Positions 13,064 to 25,641 of a stretch of DNA of 45,498 bases are shown one piece after another. Made by a program: the position numbers and the translations under genes. Each line of letters opens with the position of its first letter. Position 1 is the first letter of the stretch. Source of the DNA: Octopus bimaculoides (taxonomy: Eukaryota); assembly GCF_001194135.2 (NCBI RefSeq), contig NC_068984.1, forward strand, positions 45,966,173 through 46,011,670, in the 5' to 3' direction. The notes under the pieces are model-generated. The model was not told the DNA's origin and ran no database searches. It saw only the letters and a program-made list of their open reading frames with translations.

Positions 13064-13128
<65 letters not shown>

Positions 13129-13182
13129 GCTGTTGCTGCTGCTGCTACCGCCGCCACCGCTGCTGCTGCTGCTACTGCTACT

Positions 13183-13221
<39 letters not shown>

Positions 13222-13320
13222 TCGTCATCATTATCATCCTCATCCTCATTATCATCGTTGTCGTCACTGTCGCCGTCGTCGTCGTCGTCGTCATCATCAT
13301 CATCATCCTCCTCATCATAT
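12717..13320. repeat. Long compound trinucleotide tract (CTA/CTG/CCG/TCA/TCG) spanning an N gap
   Basis: Direct reading; gives the poly-C/Y/L/T/A/S pseudo-ORFs in the track. Confidence 0.95.
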
Positions 13321-14207
13321 CGCCAGTACGCCAGTATATTCTGTTTAATAATAGTGACACCTACATCACTCTAAAATCACGTCTGGAGTTCAAAGAATCA
13401 TATCTGAAGAATCATATCTGTAGTGACACAACCGAAGCTCAAAGATAGACTATTTAGATCTAGGGCGTACAAAGATCATAATAGATTAAGGTAGACCTAG
13501 ATACTCCTCAAACACCGTCAAATTCGAAATGCCTTTGATCACAGGTTTTTCATGCCGGGCCTATATCCAAACAACAACTACAGCAACAAAAACAACAACT
13601 GATGAATGTAAAATGTGATAGAAATGAAGAATGCTCCGGTGTGTGTTGCTCAAGAAACAAACAGAAAAAAAATCATTTACAGAAACATCAAATATCTACG
13701 TGGTGAAATGTTTAGTATCGTAATACAACACAATAAAGCTTCAAAATAAAATAGACATATATCCTTGGCAAATTTTGTTATTTTTCTGATCAACTGAAAT
13801 AAGATAACTCTTTTCAAATTTATGTTTGTAACAAGCCCTCTAGGTATCAGAAAATTTCACAATGTTGCATTGCTTTTATCCAAGACCCAAGTTTTCTTTC
13901 TGCTCATAGTTTTTCCTGCATACCTCAACTTGCACATGTTTAAGTTTGCATTGCCCAAACATTCTTAAACAGTTTAGAAGAACACTACATGCTGCCCCGC
14001 TATATTGATAAGCATGTGTATTAAAATTCTGATATCAGTTATATATGAATATGGCCTGTTCTAGTATTTCCTGGTTATTCAGTCAAAACAGGAGCTAGTT
14101 CATCCCTAACTTCACACTCAGTAGATTTTGTTCTTATTCTTTAATAGTGACCAACCTAATATTTCCAAGATAAGGTAGCCTCTTTTGTTGAAGAGTTGCT
14201 GCAGCCA

Positions 14208-14319
14208 TTACTGGTTGCTTTAACCAGTAAAAGCAGCTTTTACTGCTTTTACTGGTTAAAAGCAGTAAAAGCTTTTAACCAGTAAAAAAAAAAAGCTTTT
14301 TTTTTTTTACTGGCTAAAA
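14208..14319. repeat. Chain of overlapping inverted repeats built on ACCAGTAAAAGC
   Basis: Perfect 18-bp stem 14219-14236/14243-14260; perfect 16-bp stem 14236-14251/14257-14272; near-perfect palindrome 14273-14319 centred on AAGCTT. Confidence 0.9.
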
Positions 14320-15765
14320 AAGATATTACGCGTAGCGGATTGATGTACATTAATCACATGTTAACTGAAATATTCACACCGTTTAATGGTACTAAAAACT
14401 GATAAGGTCAAATATTTTTTATTGTTTTTGTATAGTCTTGATCTAGCAGACATTTGATCAAAGGAACCGTCTCTGAAAACAACCCTATTTTTTAGATGTA
14501 TGTAAGACCATATCATTGAATGTATCCTTTCCCCATTTAAGATGGTAATGTCTTAGTTGAGGGAGATATGATTGCTATTTCTAGCCGGTTGGATGATGAC
14601 GTAGCTTTTCTCTTGTGGCTCAAGTTAGATGTCGGTTTACCTTGAGTTTATGTACAGGAGAATATTTTGGTTTTGATCATTTGCTTCTGCGTGAAGCATT
14701 AGTCTCTAATTCATTTCACAGCACATCAAAGCGCAACTATTCAGGCTATATCCCCAATCCAGTTATTGCCAATATGATTCATCAGAAAACTATGAATTCT
14801 AGTCTTATTTATGGGTTGTGCTCATGATCAGACGTTAGCAATTTACCATAAGTATATCTTGGTAAGATTTACATTTATACCCATTATCAGTTAAAAACTT
14901 CGTCAATTATATTGCTTAGAAGCGGCACTCAGTTGCATATCTAATCATATATCTTTTAATAGGAAACTGATTTGATCGAACCTAATCGTTCGTTTATGAT
15001 TCATACACTAGGACAAATTTCTTTCATCATTCCTTAAAATGGTGCTGCATGTTGATTAAGTACAAATTACCTTGAAAATGATAGACTAGCTAGACAATAG
15101 CCAATGGATAACAATATATATCTGACAATATATATTTGACATATGCCATGCATACATCAACTATATAGCAGGAATCTGTGTATATCACGTGACAATAGAT
15201 TAATTGTATATGTGGAGAGAAATAATCAATCAGTCAATATATTTAGGATAAGTATATACGCAATATCTAGAACTCACCGATATTTACAGGCCATAGCGTG
15301 CATATATCGACCAAACAAATTAATGTAAATATCAATAAAAGAAATATGGGAATAAAGCAAACCAGAGAATAAGCGTAGTAATGGCTCCCGATGGCTGGCA
15401 ACTGCAATATTTATTTTCGAGGGAATGACAAGTAGCGTTAAATATAAGATGGCGGTAAGGCTTCTCATTGAAGCTTTCACAAATTGTAGTGTAACTTTTA
15501 GTCCAAGGTCTAACGTGTTAACCACACGCAACAATGAGCCTCTCAATGTCATTATCAACGGCTCGCTGTAGACTAACGAGACACAAGATAACACTTCTTT
15601 ATTTTTCAATTACATTAAGCGTTGTAATTTGCCACTTATAATTAACTACACCGCTATACAAATTGAAAGTAGGATCTATCATAGAAATGGATAAATAAAA
15701 CCTGGACGTATAAGATCAATTAATCAATATATCAAGTAAAACCTGGCCAATATTATCTCTATCTC

Positions 15766-15800
<35 letters not shown>

Positions 15801-16494
15801 CCTCCTTCCTTTAAACGGGAAGGAAGAGCTGTATTTATCGTACTTGTGGCTATGGCCAAAGAATGCATCTGGTGGACGCGTCTGAAAGGATTAGAGACAA
15901 ATACTTTCCTCTCTGGTCAATCTCTCATCAACTTTTTCAAGTATCACTTGAAAAGGAAGGTGAGAGTAGAGAGGCAAGTGTTGTCTAGCAAATGTTTCGA
16001 AAAAAGATGGATACATGTAGCAAGAATGGCACGTATAAATGACGAAGCCACCTTGACCATGATTCTATAAAACGTTTTAAAATTTTGTAAACAGAGAGTT
16101 ACTCACGTTTCTTGCTTAAATAAAAGAAATTTTATTTANNNNNNNNNNNNNNNNNNNNNNNNNNNNNNNNNNNNNNNNNNNNNNNNNNNNNNNNNNNNNN
16201 NNNNNNNNNNNNNNNNNNNNNNNNNNNNNNNNNNNNNNNNNNNNNNNNNNNNNNNNNNNNNNNNNNNNNNNNNNNNNNNNNNNNNNNNNNNNNNNNNNNN
16301 NNNNNNNNNNNNNNNNNNNNNNNNNNNNNNNNNNNNNNNNNNNNNNNNNNNNNNNNNNNNNNNNNNNNNNNNNNNNNNNNNNNNNNNNNNNNNNNNNNNN
16401 NNNNNNNNNNNNNNNNNNNNNNNNNNNNNNNNNNNNNNNNNNNNNNNNNNNNNNNNNNNNNNNNNNNNNNNNNNNNNNNNNNNNNNNNNNNNNN

Positions 16495-16525
<31 letters not shown>

Positions 16526-16527
16526 GG

Positions 16528-16603
<76 letters not shown>
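16495..16603. repeat. (TCTG)n/(TCTA)n tetranucleotide microsatellite next to a gap
   Basis: Direct reading. Confidence 0.95.
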
Positions 16604-16604
<1 letters not shown>

Positions 16605-16819
16605 ACAGAAGCAACTACATGCACGTATAGAGGAAATTCTTTTCATAAAATATCAAAATATACAGGTTTCCATTTTAAACGCGTCAGTGTATATTTACTC
16701 TAAAAAAATTTGGGAACTCCATTCTGTAACGGGAAACCCTTTATATGCGCGTGCGAACACCAGTAGAGTTTCGAATGTACGAGCATTAGTCTCAACTGAA
16801 ATTACTGTCATAGGTTATT

Positions 16820-17000
16820 AGAATATAAATTTCAAATTTTGGCAACATGTCGGGAATTTTTGGGGAGCGGGTAATTCTATTACAATGACCCCAGTATTCA
16901 ACTGGCACGTATTTTATCGACCCCGGAGGAATAGGAAGCAAAGTCGATCTTGGCAGAATTTGAAGGCAAAACGTAAAGACGCATGAAATGTGGCTAAGCT
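16820..17000 (-). mobile_element. Diverged tRNA-derived SINE copy
   Basis: TTTCAAATTTTGGC...GACCCCAGT...TTTTATCGACCCC...AAAGTCGATCTTGGCAGAATTTGAA, same organisation as 946-1172. Confidence 0.7.
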
Positions 17001-17103
17001 TATATTTTATAGGCTATTAAAATATTAAAAACAAGAAATATACAACTGAATTGAACTTGCAAACTTGCGACTACCTATGGACTGTAATTTTTATTGACAT
17101 ATA

Positions 17104-17144
<41 letters not shown>

Positions 17145-17254
17145 CCCATGTGCATGCACATGCTTATGCATGCATATATGTGTTTGCACATACACAGAGA
17201 TACACACTCACACAAATAAATAGACAAAAACTCACGGACGCATATGTGTGTGTT

Positions 17255-17292
<38 letters not shown>

Positions 17293-17854
17293 NNNNNNNN
17301 NNNNNNNNNNNNNNNNNNNNNNNNNNNNNNNNNNNNNNNNNNNNNNNNNNNNNNNNNNNNNNNNNNNNNNNNNNNNNNNNNNNNNNNNNNNNNNNNNNNN
17401 NNNNNNNNNNNNNNNNNNNNNNNNNNNNNNNNNNNNNNNNNNNNNNNNNNNNNNNNNNNNNNNNNNNNNNNNNNNNNNNNNNNNNNNNNNNNNNNNNNNN
17501 NNNNNNNNNNNNNNNNNNNNNNNNNNNNNNNNNNNNNNNNNNNNNNNNNNNNNNNNNNNNNNNNNNNNNNNNNNNNNNNNNNNNNNNNNNNNNNNNNNNN
17601 NNNNNNNNNNNNNNNNNNNNNNNNNNNNNNNNNNNNNNNNNNNNNNNNNNNNNNNNNNNNNNNNNNNNNNNNNNNNNNNNNNNNNNNNNNNNNNNNNNNN
17701 NNNNNNNNNNNNNNNNNNNNNNNNNNNNNNNNNNNNNNNNNNNNNNNNNNNNNNNNNNNNNNNNNNNNNNNNNNNNNNNNNNNNNNNNNNNNNNNNNNNN
17801 NNNNNNNNNNNNNNNNNNNNNNNNNNNNNNNNNNNNNNNNNNNNNNNNNNNNNA

Positions 17855-17885
<31 letters not shown>

Positions 17886-18436
17886 CATACATATATATAA
17901 TACATATATAATACAAACATACATACACACATACACATACGTACCTAACCATATATATATATATATATGTATTTGTATGTAATTATTTGTGTGTGATTGC
18001 GTGTGTTAGTGTGATTAAATAAATTGTTTTTTTTACAGATCTTTCAGATTTTAATCTATATAAAAAGAAATTGAATTAATGCTGATGTGCTAGATTAGCA
18101 AAAATTAACTAATTTATACATAGGAAAAATACCGTCTACTGAATCGATTTCATTCTTTCCCAGGCACTTATTGAACAATGTGAACCAGCGTCTGTTACTG
18201 GCACAAATGGGCAAACTAGCGAAGAGAGCTGCGATGCAGTTACCCAACAAGCTTGCTAGCATCGCAATAGATCGTATACAGGAGAGCACTTGTACACACA
18301 CACATACACACACACACACACATACACACACACACACACACTCTTGCGCGCTGAAGCACACAAGTATATGGAAAAACACAAACGCCTGCATGTTAAAGCA
18401 TACCATGAAACCCAAAACACACCATAAAATACCATG

Positions 18437-18501
<65 letters not shown>
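18437..18501. repeat. (CTA)n microsatellite
   Basis: Direct reading. Confidence 0.95.
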
Positions 18502-19071
18502 CTGTCCCATTAGTACGTGCTAGCGTTAACAGCTGCTTTAAACATTGACTGGAGGCCAACAATTTGTACGGCCATGTCTAGCTTGTTGAATTGTCTCCAT
18601 TCTAGGCCCGGTGCTTTGTTTACCGGAAACAGTGTAATGAAATTCAAATAGACTTGATGTACAATTTGATCCGGAACGTAGAACTAATAATTAAATTGAA
18701 TATTGGTAGGTATTTAGTCCTAAATTATCTGCTGTTCTATCAACGTTGCTCGATATGCTAAAAAAAAAAATCAAATTGCTGGCAAAATATAGTCTACATA
18801 TTATCTCTTATATCTCATTTTTATTATTGCGTTAGACCGCGGTCATGCTGGGGCACCACCTTAGAGGGTTTTAATCACACAAATCGATCTCAATATTTAT
18901 AAGGTTTTTTTCTTTTTTGTCTTTTAAGTTTGGTTCTTTTTAATTTTATTTGGTGTCTTGCTGGATGGCAAAGTTACGCAGATATAAACTATTAAAAAAA
19001 TCGGTCGTCAAGCGGTGGGTGGGGATTGACAAATACAGAAGCGATGATACACTTGTATATATAGATGTGTA

Positions 19072-19118
<47 letters not shown>

Positions 19119-19120
<2 letters not shown>

Positions 19121-20207
19121 CACGTTGCCGCACTTGTCCTTACCTCTCCAACACCACCCTCATCACACGCACACATCATCGACCCTATTATATCATTGAC
19201 TCCTTCACCTACACTTCTAGCAACGTCATCTACTGCATCTCTTGCTCTCTCTGTCTTTCTCTATACATCGGTCAAACTGCTTGGCTGACCAGTTCTCGGA
19301 ACACCTCAGAGTCATACGACTCGGCAACGATATCCCCGTCTCGCGCCATTTCCGCTCTAGCGGTCACTCTCTACAACACCTGTCTTTGTTCGGCTTGTCC
19401 TTGCACAGGGGCCATCCGGACTCCCGTCTTCACCACGAACAGGGATTAATCTTCTCTCTTCGCTCCTTTGCTCCACATGGGCTCAACTCTCCTCCCCACT
19501 TCATCTAACCCTCCTCCTCTCTTCCTCTCACACCTAATTCCTCCCACCCACCTCTCCTCTCTTGCTCTGGCACTTACTTCCGCTCTTCACTCCTACTCAC
19601 TTTCTCCCTTTCCCCTCTCGTCACCCCCTTGTTACCCAACCCATACACATTCCAACACCATTCCTATAATCCCATCCCACCCCTACCATATCCCTTAGAC
19701 CCCCACCCTTGCTTCACCCACTCTTGCCTTCACCACAACCAAACACCACCACATCACACATCACCAGACCACACCACCACATCACACACCACCACACCAC
19801 ACACCGCCATACCACACCACACCACATCCCACCACACCGCACACACTAGCACTGACCACTTCCCAGCACCTACACATGCACACACGCACGCGTCAATGTC
19901 ACCAGCCCCCTTCCACACGCACATGCACGCGGTCACATACATACGCACGTGCACCTTCGTTTTGGGATCCCCATCAAGTTATTATCTCCCCTTCTTCCTA
20001 GCTCTGCCCGGCGTTCGCCATGATAGATAGATAGTCACTAAACCTTTTTCTATTTTCTCTCCCTGTTTATTTCTGTGTTCCTTTCTGTGGAAGAGCGTAG
20101 GCTCGAAACGTAAAAGACTTTCTCACTTCCCGAGCGTTAAACTAATACATCTGTTTGTTGTTTACCCCCTCGTCTTTGTCTTTTTTGTTTTTTTGTAAAT
20201 TCTCACT
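19119..20207 (+). mobile_element. 5'-truncated Penelope-like element (Neptune-type): Cys linker, GIY-YIG endonuclease and 3' terminal region, flanked by (TA)n
   Basis: Translation ISRCRTCPYL...DSFTYTSSNVIYCISCSLCLSLYIGQT, frameshift, LADQFSEHLR...PVSRHF...EQGLIFSLRSFAPHGLN (stop 19508); IY..YIG motifs, conserved Arg/His region, E and GLN end of the PLE endonuclease; (TA)n at about 19084-19114 and from 20207. Confidence 0.85.
20081..20116 (+). ncRNA. Minimal type I hammerhead-like motif in the Penelope terminal region (core variant)
   Basis: CTTT [I] CTGTGGA A GAGC-GTAG-GCTC [II] GAA ACGT [palindromic III] A AAAG [I']; core CUGUGGA rather than CUGANGA. Confidence 0.65.
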
Positions 20208-20424
20208 ATATATATATATATATATATATATACATACATACACACATATAAGTTTGTGTGTATACACATATATATGTGTGCGTGTGCATATGCATGTGTG
20301 TGTATATGTATATACACACACACGAATGTTTGTTGTATATATGTATGTATATATATTCATNNNNNNNNNNNNNNNNNNNNNNNNNNNNNNNNNNNNNNNN
20401 NNNNNNNATATATATATATATATA

Positions 20425-20590
20425 TAGATGGGCTTCCACACAGTTCCCATCTACCAATTCCTCTCAAAAGGGTTTGGTTGATCCGGAGCTGAAGTAGAAG
20501 ACATTTACCCAAGGTGTCGCGTGATGGGAGGGAACATGAAACAACGAGGTTCGAAAGCGAGCCTCTTAGCCACATAGCCATGCCTGCGAC
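20425..20590 (-). mobile_element. tRNA-derived SINE of a second family (CORE/OR-like central motif)
   Basis: Reverse complement starts CGCAGGCATGGCTATGTGGCTAAGAGG (tRNA-like head) and carries CACCTTGGGTAAATGTCTTCTAC, resembling the CCTTGGGCAAG SINE core motif. Confidence 0.65.
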
Positions 20591-20819
20591 TATGTATATA
20601 CGGCATTAACAAAGTTTTTAATCATAATATCACACACAATGGCATAAAACACATAGAATCATCTTTATAAAATAGAACTACAATCACCTACGCTAATGCA
20701 AGTATTACTACTTTTACTATGAACCAACCTTATCATATCTCTATCCTTATTTTCAACGCTTCACTATCACCTGACTACCTCTCTTCTATCACAGCCATCC
20801 GGATAGCACCGGTATTAGC

Positions 20820-20955
20820 ATCATCATCATCATTCTCATCACCATTCTTTTACATTGCTATCACAGCCACACCACCACAACTACCATCATAATCATCATC
20901 ATCATCATCATCGTCATCGTCGTCGTCATCATCATGATCATGATCATCATCATTC
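20820..20955. repeat. Degenerate (CAT)n/(CGT)n microsatellite
   Basis: Direct reading. Confidence 0.85.
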
Positions 20956-23654
20956 CCATCCAATTTCCTAAAGTTAATAATCAACTTTCTTCTAAGGATT
21001 TTGTCAGTTCGTTGAATTCATGTTTTTTGAAATTGATTTGGACATCATAAATTAATAAGCTGTCACCATGATATCTAACATCATCCACATCCCTAATTTA
21101 TAATGGGAACTCCTCACCAACCCAAACACACCTATCGATCAACGCCAACACTACAGCACATATAAAAACAAAAATGCATTAATTGCAAATCTACCACAAA
21201 AACGGCAAAGAAAAAAGAAAAAAAAACAACGGAAAACACAGGCAAAATGCCTCCAAAAGCAATATATAATATATAATGGGACAGATATTAAATTTTCAAA
21301 TCATGTAGATAATTATATAAAAAAATAAATAGAAAAGGTTTAAAAAAATATTTTTTGTTTCAAGATAGAAAGATAGATAATAAGTGAAATTAGAATGATC
21401 AAATCTTTGCTCAAAATGAAAATTGCCTATTTAACGTGACATTTTCTCTCGCTAATAATGCCTAATAATCATTTAATATTGGCACACGGAGCCTATATTT
21501 TAAGCAAATTCAAAATACAATCAGAAATCAAAATTGCACTCTCGGCTTGTGATTCTAACTACTTGCTATACGGAACGTGTTCGTCACAAAATAGAATAAG
21601 TAGAATAATGGATGAGATTCTCTGTCGCATTCATTTTCATTATGTTCTATTTAACTCCTGGTTTCGATTCCGAACGATTTCAGTTTAGACTTTCGCTATT
21701 CTGCGTTCGATTAAATGTAATGGTTGCCAAGTACTGGAATCAAGTTCAATTGACCAAATCTTTCCCGATATATTTGCAAGATATCATATTACTAGTTTAT
21801 TTTGGTCGGACAAAAAGTAACGGAAAATTATAATATTAATATATCAGTTCTATGGCTTTAAGGTATCTTTTACTTGCTCTGAGCTTAATATTTACTGTCG
21901 GTGAAATCATGCCTTAGATTAGAATTTCTAACTGCAGTACAAAGATATAAATGTTAAAAAAAACAACACCCATTCCAGTGTGCATTACCTTTATCTTCCA
22001 AAAATTTCTACTAACTGATTTTATAGGAATTATCATTCTTGATTGTTGATTTTAGATTTTTAAATAACCTGGAGTGAGATTTTTGTCTACAAATCGCATG
22101 TTCATTAGCAGTTTATGGACACTTTTTCAGCTCATTATACCTGTGAGACTCTACTGTTTATAAATTTATATATTTGGTAATGGTAAAGTCGATTTAACAA
22201 ACAATGTTATATTACATCTACTTGCTTCCTCAAGACTAGAATGCAGCAAAATATTGAAAAATATGAAGTTCGCTATTGTGTACTTAGCAACTTATTTCTT
22301 TCGACAGATGACGAGGTTGATTTTTTTTCAAGGGTTCAAGTGTAACCAATTTTGTCTATCTACTAATTACCAGTACATTTTGTTTATCTCTGCTTTGTTA
22401 ATAACAAAGTTAGCTTCTGTTGGATTAACGAATACTTTGAACGTAAAATGATTTAAGTAAATACCACAATATACATTATGTTATCCCTCACTCTACTGGT
22501 TCAGCCATCGGCTGCATAGCAATTAGTTTTGTGTAGGTACAAGAACTCATATTATGTTGTGACGTTTATGCTTTCCGAGGATTATTAAACATAGATATGA
22601 AATGAAAGGATTTCAAATTGGAAACTTTAGCTTCATTTATATTAATAAGTAATCCCAAATCTCTTATATTTTAGAAGAAATGAAATGAGAATGAAGTGTA
22701 ATTATATTCATCCTTCTCCACAAGAAAATGCAAACCTAAAATGAGAGTAAAATTCGGAATCATAGAACACTGGTGTGAGACATCTCTGACAAGAATGATA
22801 TTAATAGTTAAAGGAGAGTTTTTGCATCAAATCAGTTAACGTAATGAGCAAAAAAGCTGACGTTTCGATAGTATTCCCTTACTTTAATTCTAATAGAATT
22901 TTCAACTCCCTTAAACTTTGCATTTTGCTGTAAGGTACTCTCCAGAAATTTGTCTTTGAAATTCGTTTCAATTTGGCAACACACAAAGTTTATAGCTAAG
23001 GGGAAATGAAATGCTTGACGGTTATGTCTTTAATGAAAGACATTAACCGAGTACGTAATATACGTAAGGCTTCAAACGGAAATCGGAAATGTATCGTAAT
23101 CTCGATTTTCATGTGACGCATTTCTTCAACTGAATTAATCAAAACAAATATATGATATTTTAAGAGAAGATGACAGTGTTTGGATGATATAGTTAAGCTC
23201 GAGTAAATTTACCGTCTAAGTTACGTTCCTTTCCAATTTGAGCTAGAATACCAGAATTGGTAAAACAATAAGCGCTAGTTAAGTTCTGGAAAACATATTA
23301 TCAACTGTTTTCCCCTCCACAAATACGTAAGTTTGTGATTAAAATAGTTATTAATGTATTAGATATATGAGGCAGGAGTGAACGAAAAAAGGAAAAGCAG
23401 TGGAACAACAAGAATAGTAGACTGTCGGATTGTGAACGTGTTGCATCGTATAGTTAAGATCATTTAAAGGCTGAGTTCCCGCATCCATGATATTTGAAAA
23501 CATCTCAAGTGTTTTCACTAAGATATACTGTGACGCAAAAACCTATAGCCTAATGCTAATATGGAAAATAAATATTTAGAGAAGGGGACATGATATGCTG
23601 TGAAGTTTATGCCTCTACGAATAATGTTAATGTTATGCCAATGCTTTTCACTAA

Positions 23655-23812
23655 AACTGTTTTCAAATTTTGGCTCAAGGCCATTAATTACTGGGAAAAA
23701 GCTAAGTTTATTAAATCAAACCCCAAAAGGATGAAAATAAAAGTCAACCCCGGTGGAATTTGAACTCAGAGCATAAGACGGATGAAATGGTTCTAAGCAT
23801 TTCGCCCGGCAT
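23655..23812 (-). mobile_element. tRNA-derived SINE copy with internal deletion
   Basis: TTTCAAATTTTGGC...CCCCAAAAGGATGAAAATAAAAGTCAACCCCGGTGGAATTTGAACTCAGA...CTAAGCATTTCGCCCGGC; matches the reverse of 27276-27492. Confidence 0.75.
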
Positions 23813-24094
23813 ATTACTCATGCTAGATGAGTAATATTAGCTCATACTTCGCTATTATTAAATGCAAGGGTCTATAGAGTTAGTTCTTATTTCTGTTATG
23901 CAAAACGTTAGATGGATGCAAGACCGCTAGTCTATCGAAGAAAATTTAAAACATTAGATACTGAATTAATCAAAAATTACTCATCATTTGTTCGACATTG
24001 ACACTACTTGCATTGATGAATTTAACCAGATGAAAATGGATTTAGAATTCGACAGAAATTTTGCTGGTTGCAAATCATTACGAAGAGTTGACGA

Positions 24095-24184
24095 CTTGAT
24101 ATAATAACCGCTACATTATCCACCCGGATATCCGTTTCACCAGTCTGTTTCATTTGTGATAAACAGAATATGAAATGGCAGCAG
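24095..24184 (+). repeat. Copy 1 of a 90-bp direct duplication (copy 2 at 25976-26065)
   Basis: 83/90 identical by manual alignment. Confidence 0.9.
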
Positions 24185-25452
24185 TTTGGAGGTGGAACCT
24201 AAATTTTGGGTCTGTTGTATTCTATTTGTAGTTGTGGTGGTGGGGGTGATGATGATGATGACGAAGATGAGGATGACGACAATGAATATGATAAAATAAT
24301 AGTATAATACTGCCGTTATTGTTGTTGTTTTTTATATTGTTTTGCTCTTGTTCATGGTACTAGGGTTGGTGAAGGCGTCAATTCTGGTAGCTGGTATTTT
24401 TAAAAAGGTATCTTTCCCACGATTAATGAAATATAAAAAACAGAGATGGGGAAGAAATAACTTTAAAAATATATAAAACTCATTAAAATATGTATATGTG
24501 TGCATGTGCATGAGAGAGTATATTTGTATTGCGTGTAAGCGTGTGTGGGTAAAATAATATTTGTATATGCATTTGTTTGTATGTGAATAAGACTGTGTGC
24601 AAGTAGCTGTGTGTGTCTGTGTGTTTGAGATCAAGTATGACAGTGTGCAATAATGCAGTTGTGTGTCTGACATTATGCGTTTCTGTATGCTTGTATTTGT
24701 GCTTCTATGACTTTGTATGCGCGTATGTGTTTTTGACCATATGTATGCATGTGAAATGATAGAAAACATCCCCCTCTGTATTCCAGCACACACATACAAT
24801 ATTAAAAAAAAAAATACAAATACAATGAATATAATACAATTCAATACAATAAAATACAGTAAAATAAAATATAATGGCTTTAAAATGCAACCAAACAAAA
24901 TGTAAGATGAAAGGGCTTTTTTCCCTTCTTCCTGATAATTCATAGCAGAAATAATAGTTAGTTGTGCAACAGTGGTGGTTTGAGGTGATAATGTGTTGCA
25001 CCGGAGGTTTGAAGTGATAATGGAGGACAAAATATGTTGTGACAGTAGTTTTGGTAGTAGTGGCCGTTGTAGCACTGATAATGTAAATAGTTGAAGTTGT
25101 TTTAATTGTTTAAGTTGATGGTAACTTAGGTGTTAATGTTTATAGTAGTATTAACATTAGTGGTTGTGCTAGTGGAGATCGTGCTGCTGCTGTTATTGTT
25201 AGAATTTGTAGTAGTAATGCTAGTATTGGTAATGCTACTAGTAGTAATAATAGTATTAGTGAGGAGAGGTATTACTATCTCCGGTGGGAGTGCGGTGGGA
25301 AATAGGTAAAGGAGAAAAGTTGTGTTTGTGGTTTGTATTTGAAGGTAGTACTAGACGGAATATTGATATTGGAAATGATAGTATTATTCGTTTAGAAACT
25401 AATGTTAGCGATTGCAGCGTGAAAGACATAACTTAGCCATTTTTAATCATAC

Positions 25453-25641
25453 AAAGACCGTCAACTTCACTTAAACATTTATTTGTAGTATTGTGTCAAA
25501 ATTGTCGTGGCTCGAAACTGCGACCTGTTCACTAACATGTAGCTGCACATCTTTTTTCTTAGTGAATAGGTTGCAGTTTCAATCGACGACAATTTTAACA
25601 AAATGTTACCAATAAATGTTTAAGTCAAATCGACTGTCTTT
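25453..25641. repeat. ~190-bp imperfect foldback (MITE-like long hairpin)
   Basis: Left arm 25453-25535 pairs with right arm 25559-25641 (ACTTAAACATTTATT/AATAAATGTTTAAGT, AAAATTGTCGT/ACGACAATTTT, TTCACTAA/TTAGTGAA); 23-nt loop. Confidence 0.85.

Noticed and set aside
12677-13374. Poly-Cys/Tyr/Leu/Thr/Ala/His ORFs
   Set aside because: Pure trinucleotide microsatellite, open in several frames on both strands.
19735-19860. Regularly spaced CACCAC/CACAC units, superficially array-like
   Set aside because: Degenerate pentanucleotide microsatellite inside the PLE 3' region; no unique spacers, not CRISPR.
23017-23050. Small hairpin CGGTTATGTCTTT-AATG-AAAGACATTAACCG
   Set aside because: A 13-bp stem with a bulge is expected occasionally in 45 kb of AT-rich DNA; no context.
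24332-25075. 247-aa minus-strand ORF
   Set aside because: Built from degenerate TG/TA and triplet repeats; no recognisable domain; overlapping frames are equally open.
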